Shown here piece after piece: positions 20,533 to 32,600 of a DNA stretch of 35,647 nucleotides (the first letter of the stretch is position 1; each line of letters begins with the position of its first letter). The notes under the pieces are model-generated. The model did not search any database, was not told the DNA's origin, and worked only from the letters and a program-made list of their open reading frames with translations. Both the position numbers and the translations under genes were made by a program. The stretch lies in contig LPNZ01011251.1 in the NCBI GenBank assembly GCA_001655205.1, positions 1 to 35,647 of the forward strand. The letters run 5' to 3'. Origin of the DNA: Lenisia limosa (taxonomy: Eukaryota; Protista; Breviatea).

Positions 20533-23500
20533 ATGAGAACTTTTTACATTTCGTATGCTCTGCTTTCGATTCTTCTTCTCTTTGGAGTCGGCCCAATATC
20601 TGCAAAAAATGTAGATGATTTGACATTGGAGCAGTTCTTCCATATAGTGGCCAAAAGAGTGGGTTGGTTTGTTGGAGGGCACCCACCTTTCCATCTTTTA
20701 TTAACGTATAAACCTTATATAAACTCTTTCTTTATTAATTTATGTTTGTTTACCTCTAAATATTTTTCGAGAAGAAGAGAAGAACAGGCCAATTGCCCCG
20801 AAGACAATTGCTGACCTCGGATGCTGTTGATTAATTCCGACAGGGTGATTGGGAGTACTCCAAGCTCGAGCCTCTGGTTGCCAAGCTGCATTCAAATTGG
20901 TTCGATGATGTGCCTTCTCTCAGAGCGATTGACACTGCCATGTGGTCCGATATGGGGTGGGTGAAGTAAGATATTGCATACTGCTTCGCAAAGCTATATT
21001 GGCCTTTGAATACACTTACTCCTTTAAGATTTCCGGGGAGAGTTGTTCTTGTTATTGAAGCCCTTCTCAAGGACAATGACCCATGCGGTATGCTCGTGGA
21101 AATATAANNNNNNNNNNACGTGAGTATAACATGAATAGTATATGTATATGTGCTCTTTGCTGCACCAGTTGGCCGATATATGTTTCAACTCATGTTTCAA
21201 GGAAAGGACTTTTGTAAGCATGGTGGTGAGTCTAATTCAGATTGTACTTTGTGCACCAATTGCTCAATGGGATGGAATGGTGGGAGGGATGCTGTGCTAT
21301 TTGCTGGCAAAGTCATTTGTTGAACACAACACAATTTATAGGGCGGTTCTAATCACTTAACAGGAACACACTGTGACAAGTGGGTTGGTGGTGAAACCGA
21401 TGCTCTTCTCAAGGGCCTCCAGGTTATCATTGACAGCTCTATTGCTCATCAGAAAAACATTTCTCATGTAAATGTAGGTGGATGTAACTGAACTGAAGCA
21501 GAAAAATCAATATATTTCATCAAAAGGAACCACTTTCTGAAAGCCTAAAATTAGACACATTTATCAGATATTTTGCTTTATCTCACAGCCGCTACCTGGG
21601 CAAATCGGGGTTGGTTGCGATCTCACAACAGGTAAGCGGTGAGATATTGCACATATCATATGACATTGGCTGATTTATTATCTTACAGGACACCTTCTTC
21701 TCCCGGTTGTTGAGCTGACTTATAACAATGCCAATCGTACCTGGACTAATTTGTTCGGTGACACTTGGCGTATCCCAGACCAGTCAACGTTCGAACCCCT
21801 TCCCACTGGTGTGGATCTTTGAAGATTGTTTTTGATTGTCTGAGTGTTCCAATAATGACTTCATTATTTGTAGGCTTCGACATTCCAGAACAGACAGAGC
21901 AGATCTTTGAAACCATTTCAGACTATGGTAAGAAATTTGATCCGGTTAATAATGCTGGTTTCTATTTTGATGAAATATCCCAATTTATCCATTTACACTC
22001 CTAAGTACACGAAACATTCAGTACAAGTGAAGACAAGGAGAGTCACGGTGGTATCTACACATCAATGGCAGATATTCAGTCTATCAATAAAGTTGGTTCT
22101 GGAATCTTATTGTTGAATTTATGAAAACGGCAAATTACTTTTTCCTCTGCTGTTGTTGGTGGTTTTATGTCAAATAGGAGTTCTTTACAGCCGATCAAGG
22201 AATGTCTGTAATTCATGAGGGCTACCCAGTCTACAAACTGACCCTTCCTGTTGACCCGGCGACGAAGGTGGGATGATGCTGATAATATATATAGTACATA
22301 TGCTCGTGAGCCAAACCCCCGTCATTTTGGGATATCCCGTCACTTTTGAATACTGGAGAAATAAACTTGTTGTTAACAGAAGTTAATGTGTAATTTAAGC
22401 AACAATTGCCAAGTAAACCTTTACAGACAATAACAGAATTGTATTAATTGACTAAAATGAACGTCTTTTCTTTTGGGGTTTCTTTTTCTCCTTTTGTTTG
22501 TACATAAGCTTAGTAATGATGTTGGTGGTAGGAGACCTCCTTTGCGCTTTTTCGGCTAAATTAGTCTCTCAAAACCTCTAAATATGAGACAGTTGAATTG
22601 GAAATTCTGAGTCAATTGTTATTCAGAACATATAATAAGATGGAATACAATGAGAAACAAATTGAGACCTCATACAGCAAATATTTTGAAGAGAACCGTT
22701 AATGTCCCAAATATTCCTTCATATATACTCTTCAAACTTTTACTCATCATGTTTCAGCGGACCAAATATGCCAACTTTGTAACATATATCCGAGGACCTA
22801 GATGTCATTTGTTATTCAAAAAAAGGTGGCAAACAACTTATTTGGATGTCCTTCTTTGTGATTCTGTTAAAAAAATGCAATAGAACAATAAACTTGGGTA
22901 GCTTAAAAAGAGTCAAAAAACTCCGTGAAAAGGGGGTGAACTGAACTTCCGAAACTTCCGAAGAATTTTTTTAAAAAAAATTATTTTGATTCTTTTACTT
23001 TCTGCTGGTTCCATTCATTCAAAAGTGATGCGATATCCCAAAAATGACGGTGTTTTGTCGCACAAGCATATTATTGTTTTCTGAAAATTGGTTACCAAAT
23101 TTAGGACCGCAAATACAATTTGGACCGTTTTGCCAGCCAGGCTATCGACTTCCTTCCTCCAAGTTACACCACTGATCAAGACAAAGCTCTTTACCAGCGT
23201 TTTATTAAATACTTCGGGTTAGCTAAACTGTGTGACATCTGTTATCCTTTCACAGTGTTTCGCAGTAAATAGAGAATAGTATCACATCACGACTTGCTCT
23301 ACTGACTAGTTAGAACATCCTTCACTTGGAAGGCCAGAAATGGTGGAATTGTGGAAATGATTTCCGTTTTTGAACTGGACTTACTTTACGATGCAATTAT
23401 TCACAAATCTGGAAAGGTAGGAAGGTATTAAGGATTTTAATGACCGTTGTCACCATCAGGTGTTCACCAAAGATCAAATTCTGCAACAAGTAGTTTTAGA

Positions 23501-25303
23501 CTTCAATAAGCAGCGAGGAAAAGGTTGGCAAGAGCATTCAGGCTGTGACAACATATCATTAATATTTGTTAGGACCAACAAGTGGCTTAGATGATGATTA
23601 CGTAAAACACCGTACTTCAGCTTCATTCAACTGTATCGGAGGGGATGCGACAATCAAATGTAGCGCTGCCACGATCAATGACTGGATGAAGACGATTGTC
23701 AAGCTTCCAACAGTCCTGGACTTCTTTGTTGCCGATGTGTCTCAACTGATTTCCGACCCTGTAAGGAATTTAGCAATTATATAATGTACATCCTTGTTCC
23801 AAGTGCTCCATGTTCATCCATTTCAGGTAAAGCGTTCCAATATTCAACAAGCTATTCAAAGCTATGTACACGAAAAGGTGAGAAAGCTGAGATGTATCCG
23901 ATTTGACTTGCCCCCAGGCTATGAAGTGGGACAATATTAATCACTGTCCGTCGTGTGTCTGGGGTAGCTGCACCCCTCCTGCAAAGTTTGTGCTTATGAA
24001 AACCGTAGCAATTCCTTTTTTGATGACTTACTTAAATTCATTAGCACTTGTCAGTGCAGCTCTGCAACAATTCTCGGTCGTCATTGTAACAGATGTTCCG
24101 CTGGATGGTCTGGAACCAAATGCCAAACCCCTGTATGCTGGCCCAACATCTATGTTGTGCTAACACTACATGACTTCACAACGATATTACCTGTTTAGGT
24201 TTGCAATCCAGCATGTGTCTCCGGTAGCTGTGCTGCTCCTAACAAATGCAAATGCCCAGAACGCCATACAGGAGCCCGGTGAGTGATATAAATGCCCTTG
24301 ACAGCCTTATTCCTGCCTTTTTCGGCTTGACTATTCAGCTGTGAAAGCTGCATCAATGGGTGGAAAACATTCCCAGCATGTGATACCGCTATTTGCAAAA
24401 ATTGTGACTCTGATGTAGGTTGAGAATTAGAATAATCGATATGTGTATTTTTCGCCTATTAAAGTTAAAATATCTTGTAAAATACTAAAATATGATTCTG
24501 TTTGTTCACCGACTTAGCATGGGAAGTGTGTTGCTCCTGAAAAGTGCGAATGTTTGATGAAATTCAGTGGAAAAGACTGTCGAGTGCCACCCGTAAAATG
24601 CCCTCATGTGAGATCTTAGAACTTGTTCTGCGTTCTTGATTGAATAAGACATGAAACGAGTACTTTTCTGCAGCCTTATATCCTTAGTGTTATGGACGTG
24701 GAAAAGCTTGTCCCTTCCCAAATACCGGCTGTGCGGAGTCTGACAAAGTGAAATGCCCAACTTGTAAGCATGCTGTTTCTTCATAAATGCCCCTTAATTG
24801 AGAAATTCTCATTTATCAGGCTAATTCCTTATTATTTAGGCTCAGGTGATGGCAGTGTTCCAGCAAACCTTCAAAGGTGCTTCAAATGGTAAATGTGAAT
24901 GTTATTACCATCATATTTACTCCCATAATGTGTGTTTTTGAGTTTACCGAAGCAGTCACGGTCATGGATCGCAATGCAAGGATGAGCTGGCTGGCAGTTG
25001 TTCCCCATCCAAACGAATCAAATGCGCAGGGTGTAACAAAACAGGAACCATTCCTCTGAACAGTGCACCGTATGCTAAGCCATCTTTTGAAAATCATTGC
25101 CTCACAATTCAGATGTACAAAATGTAAAGGACGTGGTTTTGTTGACGCAAGTCGGAATTCTGACGTAGGCACAAAGATACAAGTACAGCATAGATACAAT
25201 TCTCATAATTTAGACCCTTTTGGACCATGAGGACAATTCCACCTTCAAGACTTGCCCAATGTGCAGCGGAAAAGGATTCCTTCCTCTTCCAAGTCATAAT
25301 TAG
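20533..25303 (+). CDS. Secreted MACPF/perforin-like protein: signal peptide, SAM-like domain, EGF-like module, MACPF domain, EGF-like repeats, six CxxCxGxG-type motifs
   Basis: ATG 20533, signal MRTFYISYALLSILLLFGVGPISA. MACPF N-part LPGQIGVGCDLTTGHLLLPVVELTY..WRIPDQ. Core AIDFLPPSYTTDQDKALYQRFIKYFGTSFTWKARNGG (23105-23217 joined to 23314). C-part CIGGDA..INDWMKTIVKLPTVLDFFVADVSQLI..NIQQAIQSY. EGF-like CNPACVSGSCAAPNKCKC and HGKCVAPEKCEC..FSGKDC. Tail CPHCYGRG, CPTCSGDG, CFKCHGHG, CAGCNKTG, CTKCKGRG, CPMCSGKG. TAG 25301-25303. A 10-N gap lies near 21110. Confidence 0.88.
22301..23068. mobile_element. 768-bp non-autonomous TIR element with TA flanks in MACPF intron 22268-23104
   Basis: Left tgctcgtgagccaaacccccgtcattttgggatatcccgtcacttttgaat versus reverse complement of the right end tgcttgtgcgacaaaacaccgtcatttttgggatatcgcatcacttttgaat (about 50-bp imperfect TIR). 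TA at 22299-22300 and 23069-23070. No transposase recognised inside. Confidence 0.8.
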
Positions 25304-25794
25304 ATTGTAGCTCATGTTAAGTCACGAGCTCCCTTGACGATATACTACTCTCTATTATTGTTGAAGTGGCTTCAATTCTCACTCATTATTGTATTTTGCA
25401 TTATTCTTCAAAGCAAATAGCTTCCAACAGTAATAAATATTGTGACGAACATCTTTATTATTATATAACATAAAAGAAGGCAGCAAAATCAGGTTCTCGC
25501 AGTTTTGCAGATTTTTCAACATTTTTGCCTTTCTATCTGCTATTCTATCTCTCCTACAGCGTTAAGGCCTTAAGTGTGAGCGTGGGTGGGTTGGTGGTGT
25601 ATGAGATGCACTGTGAGTGTAATATAAATTACAGAGAATAATATGAATTCACCAAATCATTTGCCTCGTAACTCGCGTGCCTTCACAGCACCTAATCATT
25701 CTCTCAGTAGCTTTTGCAGTTTAACCCCCCCCCCTCGAACTGTTGAAATGGATTAATAGTACATTCACGCCTTGATCTAATCGCAGCGTCTCAC

Positions 25795-26270
25795 TCAAAC
25801 ACTGTTACCATCCTCAGTCTCTTCCACAGCCTCATTTGACGACTTCTTCTGCTCTTGAGGTTCCTCACGTTCTTCTTGCGCTTCTTGCTGTGACTCCTCG
25901 GCTTCTGTAGAGATGGGCTCTTGCTCTTCATTCACCCTTTCATTTGTCTCTTCTTTCACCTCTTCTTTCACATCATCTATGGGTTCTTCACTCTCTTTGG
26001 GGGAATCATCCACCTGAATAATGAACTGAGTCCCCAAAAGAAGATCCATGTCTGCCCCAAAGACAGTTATGGATACTTTGTCGATATTATATCCTGATGA
26101 TATATTTCTTTTCTTAGATCTGATGTTAGAGTCTTCAACAAAGATATGTTCTGATAATCAACAAAAGCTTTATGACAACAAACGGATATTTCTCCACAGA
26201 TGCAATGATGTAACCCCCCCCCCTCACCACGATCTCCACTGTGTCAACTGGGGATACATCGCTTTCATTT
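25795..26270 (-). CDS. Acidic Glu-rich terminal exon, with a possible small upstream exon, of uncertain gene assignment
   Basis: Acceptor ttcag then VDDSPKESEEPIDDVKEEVKEETNERVNEEQEPISTEAEESQQEAQEEREEPQEQKKSSNEAVEETEDGNSV*. Strongly biased composition and open frame. Upstream donor gtgagggg near 26225. No convincing start of its own. Confidence 0.55.
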
Positions 26271-26621
26271 GAAGTTACTGAACTTGGTGAAAACTGGATG
26301 AATGGAGGGTGGAGTGGGGGGGGGGGGTAAAAAAAACTCTATTTATGCAAGTGATAAGCTCTCATTCATAAAACTGTCAAAAAAGAAAAAAACTACTCAG
26401 AAAATACAAGAGATAATACACCTTCCATCAAACAAGGTTAAAAAGGGGTGTGGTTAAACATTGTCCATTTTAGGCCAACTCTTAGAATACCACAAGAAAA
26501 TGAGTGCATCTTCGGCCTGGCACTACCAAGTTTTATTATTTATTTCTACATAACATGTGCACTGACCGCATAAGTCATGATACAAACATTGAGTTTCATC
26601 TTTAGTCAATCGTGTCAGTTC

Positions 26622-29600
26622 TTATGTCTCCAGCGTACCAGGAGGAGGGACATAGGCCCCGTCATCATCGTTGACAGCGACATAACTTGATGAGGTATGT
26701 TTTGGCTTCATTAGAGACTTTTTCTTCTGATAACGGTCAGAGAAAGGTTCTGTTCAACATAGTGTTGTATGTATACGTTTCCCATGTTTTGACCAGAAGG
26801 TCATTTCATTTTCATCTGAAAGTGAATCAAAGAATCAGCAATCGAATACGACTCCAAAATATTGCTGGAAATTGTTTTTTGTGATTATAATAATAATTCT
26901 GAAGATTTGGAACCATTTGCGTCATACTAAGGATTGTTAAGCGAAAATTTCGGCCCCCAAGCCCCCGCCACGTAGCAACAANNNNNNNNNNNNNNNNNNN
27001 NNNNNNNNNNNNNNNNNNNNNNNNNNNNNNNNNNNNNNNNNNNNNNNNNNNNNNNNNNNNNNNNNNNNNNNNNNNNNNNNNTGGCGAAGGCAACCGTAGT
27101 GATACCGGTTGCAATAGCAAAGTTCTTGAACGTGCTAGGTTTGTTCACCTTCATAATGTAACCCGTGGGCATAGTGCTAGTCGTGTCCTGCGGGGGAGGG
27201 GAGTAAAATTGAACAGTTATGAAACAAAAAAAAAAAAATCACAAGGATTGAGAACAATAAAAAAAGANNNNNNNNNNNNNNNNNNNNNNNNNNNNNNNNN
27301 NNNNNNNNNNNNNNNNNNNNNNNNNNNNNNNNNNNNNNNNNNNNNNNNNNNNNNNNNNNNNNNNNNNNNNNNNNNNNNNNNNNATTATTGAAATCAAGTC
27401 TGTTTGAGGCTTCGGCCAAATATTCAACATTATATACAGTATATTTCGATATGCAGCAAATAATTGTTAATACATTAAATCAAATCATACATTATAATCT
27501 CAAACCTCAATTGTTGGGGCACTCAGGGCGACAACAACAGTACTGTTTTGCATCACTATATTGTGAGTTGGTGACATGGAACAGTTTGCCGGTCCTTTTT
27601 CGGACCTGAGAGAAGCCCGAGAAATACCCCCTCCCCTACCATTATCAGGAGCTGACACTGAGATATCCGCCTCGGCCGGCTTGAGACCATCAGGAGGCGG
27701 AATCTCGACGGGCTGGCTGAACCAGTTGCATAGGGACGATAGAGAGCATGCGGGGTACTTTGTGAAGGCTTCGTCACTGCATGGGGGGGGGGGGNNNNNN
27801 NNNNNNNNNNNNNNNNNNNNNNNNNNNNNNNNNNNNNNNNNNNNNNNNNNNNNNNNNNNNNNNNNNNNNNNNNNNCCCACAAAAACAACTATTCACTAAA
27901 CATTTGGCACACGCAAAGGCTAAAACTTAACTAAAACCAAATAAACACAACCTAGGCTATATCGGATAAGTTAGCACCTAATGTATCACCTGTAACCGGT
28001 CGCTTGTGTCGATTCAAACCATATTTATGGGGGTGGGGGGGGGAGATAAAAGGACTTGTTGTTACACTCAACTACTCCCTCCCAGAAAAAGAAGCCTTTT
28101 CGTCCCCCCACCAAAGGAAAACTTGAGCCACCAGAGCACGTTCATAAATTCGATGTTGGACCTTAACGCCATGAGAAACATGAGATAAGACTTGGGCTTC
28201 CCTAATGTCCGAAAAAGACCCGTAAAATATCGATATTTACAACTAAACAAGAAAATGTGTTGTCATATAGCGAGTGTTTCTGTTTACTTCACTACTATTG
28301 TTATTTGTTATTGTTTAACTACATACTCAAAATAATACCCTATTTAATGAGTTGAAAAATGCTGTCAAGGGAAATATCTCCCACCTTCAGATTCAAAGAA
28401 AGCTTGACTAAATCCTCCGTGTCATTGATGGAGTTTATCGAAACTAAACAGGGTGAGTCTCTGGACAAATAACATTCATATCATGAAAAGAGTAAAACAC
28501 AGGGTAAGTCTCTGAACATTGAAGAGTAAAACACAGAAAAGTCCAAGAGGTGCACTCAACATATTGCGAAAATTTAAGAAAAGCCAATCCCGTACTCCCA
28601 GTATCTCGCCTCATAAACATCATACTATTATTTTCACTCCTATATCGCATGGCTACCTGAAGAAAAACAGTAAATATTGTTTTTTAAGTACAGTATATGA
28701 CATAATATACTATGTATCAAAAAAAGAAGAAAAAAAAAGAAGACAAATACTGAGAGATTTTCAATACTGCCCCCCCCCCCCCNNNNNNNNNNNNNNNNNN
28801 NNNNNNNNNNNNNNNNNNNNNNNNNNNNNNNNNNNNNNNNNNNNNNNNNNNNNNNNNNNNNNNNNNNNNNNNNNNNNNNNNNNNNNNCCCTGGACATTGT
28901 TAGCGGGAAGTGGGGAGATTGAAACGGAGAGTATTAATTGGTTGAAGACGTCCTCATTATCATGTTGAAAAGGGATATTGATCAAACAAACAGAATAAGC
29001 AAGGTTTTCAACTTGGGGCTATAATATACCAGAACAAATAATATCACTTACAAAACAACCCTCTCATCATGAGATCACAGTAAGCTGTAAATTATAATAA
29101 CATAAAACCAAGTTTCTATTTTCCCAAGAAGCATGCTCAGCTGTGGGATCAGTTTACTACAGCAAACCGATAGGAAGGGTGAGGGGGCTGTTTGCTGATG
29201 GTATGGTCACGGACGGTTGCCTGAAGGGGGGGTAAAAATAGAAATGTATAAAACAAACAAGAAACACACGCGGGTTGAAAACAAAAAAGCCTGGACCAGC
29301 CGATTCTGAGGCTCCACATCCCATCACTCCAGCGTATATGAAAATGGGGGAAATTTGATTGAGAAATTTAGGGGGGGGGGGGACAATTAAAGACATTTAA
29401 CAAACTGAGTCCCTCATAGCGTACCTTGAATGGGTGGTAGATGAGGAAGGTGTTGCCGACAACTTCGGCACGACCGTGACTGAGAGCAGTAAAAACGTGG
29501 CTCAGTGTGTGAAAAATGGCAATTACTGTTGAAAAACCAGTAACAGCAATCAATTGACAACAATTACATAAATATCAATTGCATAATAATAATAATAAAA

Positions 29601-32600
29601 ATAGTAATCAACTCACATGAACTCTGCGACACCCTTGATGGAAAGCGGTTCAAAAAGGCTCTCAACCAACACGTTGTCAATTGACAGTCCAAGGGGATCC
29701 ACGCTTGTTGACGCTACAAAGTCACAAAACAACACGTTTACTTGAATTAGGGCCTCACTATAGTTCAAAAAAGACCAATAATATATATCGAGTTATCGAG
29801 GATTTATCGAGAAATTCGCTTTTTTCGAACCGAAGTGAACCCCAACTAGAATCATATGAAGACACCGAAAAGAAAACTTGGTTGTATCTGACTGAAATAT
29901 TTAATCATAGATAGGGATTACTTACCGCACTATCCCATAAATTAAAACTCCTCTCTCCTTCCCTACCATTACCCCCCCCCCCNNNNNNNNNNNNNNNNNN
30001 NNNNNNNNNNNNNNNNNNNNNNNNNNNNNNNNNNNNNNNNNNNNNNNNNNNNNNNNNNNNNNNNNNNNNNNNNNNNNNNNNTCCTCATCAGTGGCAACGG
30101 GAGTGCAGTCGTGGATCACAAGAGATCTTGATCGGTCCTCTGAGCAAAAGTCGAAGGAAAGCTGGGCAAATGACAGGAAACAAGGGGGGAGGGGGGCAAA
30201 GAGGAAAAGTAAAAGAGAGGTAATTCTGGACAAATAAGAAGGATGGAGAATGGAGGAAATATGAGGGGGAACGAATGCAGAATTGAGGGTAAGAGGTAAG
30301 GNNNNNNNNNNNNNNNNNNNNNNNNNNNNNNNNNNNNNNNNNNNNNNNNNNNNNNNNNNNNNNNNNNNNNNNNNNNNNNNNNNNNNNNNNNNNNNNNNNN
30401 NNNNNNNNNNNNNNNNNNNNNNNNNNNNNNNNNNNNGCTGGCTTGAGGCTGAGAGTCAGGAGCTCCCCTTCTTGAAGACTGAGGGTACCGTCAGTGCAGT
30501 TAATTGGAAAATAAGGTTCAAATTTGAGTGAGACATATCGCAAAAGATAAATTCATCAAATCAAATATTTATTGGAGGGAGTAATGTCAACTCACATTAA
30601 AAACAAACAACAAACCCAATGCTCACAATGAGACGAGGCGGCCGATGAATTTCCCTCCTCTGTGGCAGCTCACTCCATGAAGATGCTGGCCTGAACAATC
30701 AAAAAGTGCTGGTTTTNNNNNNNNNNNNNNNNNNNNNNNNNNNNNNNNNNNNNNNNNNNNNNNNNNNNNNNNNNNNNNNNNNNNNNNNNNNNNNNNNNNN
30801 NNNNNNNNNNNNNNNNNNNNNNNNNNNNNNNNNNNNNNNNNNNNNNNNNNNNNNNNNNAAAAAGTAGACTCGAAAGTCATACGATCATATCACAAGGGGA
30901 TATTCATTCTTCATAATTTGCGTGACAGTTCAGACTTCATTTGCTACATCCTAACGTATCTATCTATGAAGGGAGAGGGGGGATTGTCCTCGTACTTTCA
31001 GTGAGAGCGGTGTAAATGTGGTGTGTCTCTGAGTGCGTCTGAGTGAACCGCGACCATCTGTGGGGGAATAACAANNNNNNNNNNNNNNNNNNNNNNNNNN
31101 NNNNNNNNNNNNNNNNNNNNNNNNNNNNNNNNNNNNNNNNNNNNNNNNNNNNNNNNNNNNNNNNNNNNNNNNNNNNNNNNNNNNNNNNNNNNNNNNNNNN
31201 NNNNNNNNNNNNNNNNNNNNNNNNNNNNNNNNNNNNNNNTGGTCAACTAATCAAAAAATTTCGGCAAAAATGAATAATTATGGATTGCAATTTCAATAAC
31301 AATCAAAATAATTGGCCTTTCTTACGTTTCAGGATTGTTAACGTCTGTAGTGAATATTCCGACAAGAGAAGAGTGCTATAAAGTCAAACGATATGACGCC
31401 TTTGAATATCAATGAGGAAAAAACAAAAATACCTCGTAAGGAAGTGAAACAGATCATATTCATAAGGTGATTTGTTTTTGACGTAGAATAGAGCTTACAT
31501 GATGAGCTTCAATTGTGTAGGAGATCTCCACTCCAGCTAAATGTGTAAAAACTGATTCAAATTCTTAAAGAGTATGAAATGTTTCTAATGCCTCACTTCA
31601 AATTTTTAATTAATATCTGCGTTGTATATCCAGTAAAACAGCCTACCAGCAGCGTGAGGGATGGTGAAAATAAGGCCGTTATTGAGTGAAGTCAAATGAA
31701 CCTCAGTGGGACCGATTCTGGGATGAGCTATTAATTTTGTAATTATTGCTCAAATATTGCGAGATATTTGGAGCAGTTGTAATATCTTTAATCAGTTTTA
31801 ATAATTCTCAACAATATTCACAATTGTAAACAATGTTAGGGGGGGGGGGGGCTTTATGNNNNNNNNNNNNNNNNNNNNNNNNNNNNNNNNNNNNNNNNNN
31901 NNNNNNNNNNNNNGATTTTGAGAATAACAAAACAAATATTTCATACACGGAGAGGGACTGCGAGTCGTTAATGTCTGTACACGTGTCACCAGAAAGGCCC
32001 ATGTCGCAGTAAACGTGCGGACCGTTACAGATTCCATTAACCAAACTAGGGGGGTAAATATGAAATGAAAAGAAAAACCCAGAATTAACTCTGTTGGCTA
32101 AACAATTGCAAAACACACAGGCAAACAAATCCCCCAGGCCAGTCGCTCCCGCGCCAAAAATTCGGCCATTGGTATTTATTTTTTTTGCAAATAAAAATTT
32201 TGGAAAAGAAAATATTACTAAAACGAGTTGCCACAGAGGTCCCCTCTTACGACAGATCACAAACTTGGTTCGTCTCTTCCTTAGAGGCAGTCATGACAGC
32301 CTTTGTGGCGGGACCGTCATTCACCATTCCCATTACGTACCTTGGTGTAAGTTGCTAGTGACTGCATGGTGTATATAGTATGGACAATTCAGCATCCAAA
32401 ACAATGGAAAAAACATACATATTATAGGTAAGGGATGGAAACAAAGTGACATTCTCAACCATTTCCCTTATCAAATCCTGAATATAGTACAAGCAAATGT
32501 GTATCTCAAATGTGCTTACCATTCTCTGTCTTGCATTACCAGATCACTAACAACAACTTGTGAGCGAGAAAAGGGTTGAAAGTCTGACAAACAATTAGTC

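Noticed and set aside
1-25303. Non-standard genetic code (apparent in-frame TAA/TAG/TGA near 16230, 16797, 17290, 18072)
   Set aside because: Each is explained by an intron or a MITE remnant, or lies in an unresolved splice region. POLE, SMS and MACPF exons read cleanly in the standard code, and TAG/TAA close SMS, MACPF and the FG-GAP gene at sensible C-termini.
28446-28540. Short direct repeats (cagggt.agtctctg.aca; gagtaaaacacag)
   Set aside because: Looks like a local duplication of an intron 3' region; no inverted partner or TSD to support a transposon.
1040-31913. N runs as biological features
   Set aside because: Assembly gaps, mostly abutting homopolymers; the X-rich ORFs spanning them are artefacts.
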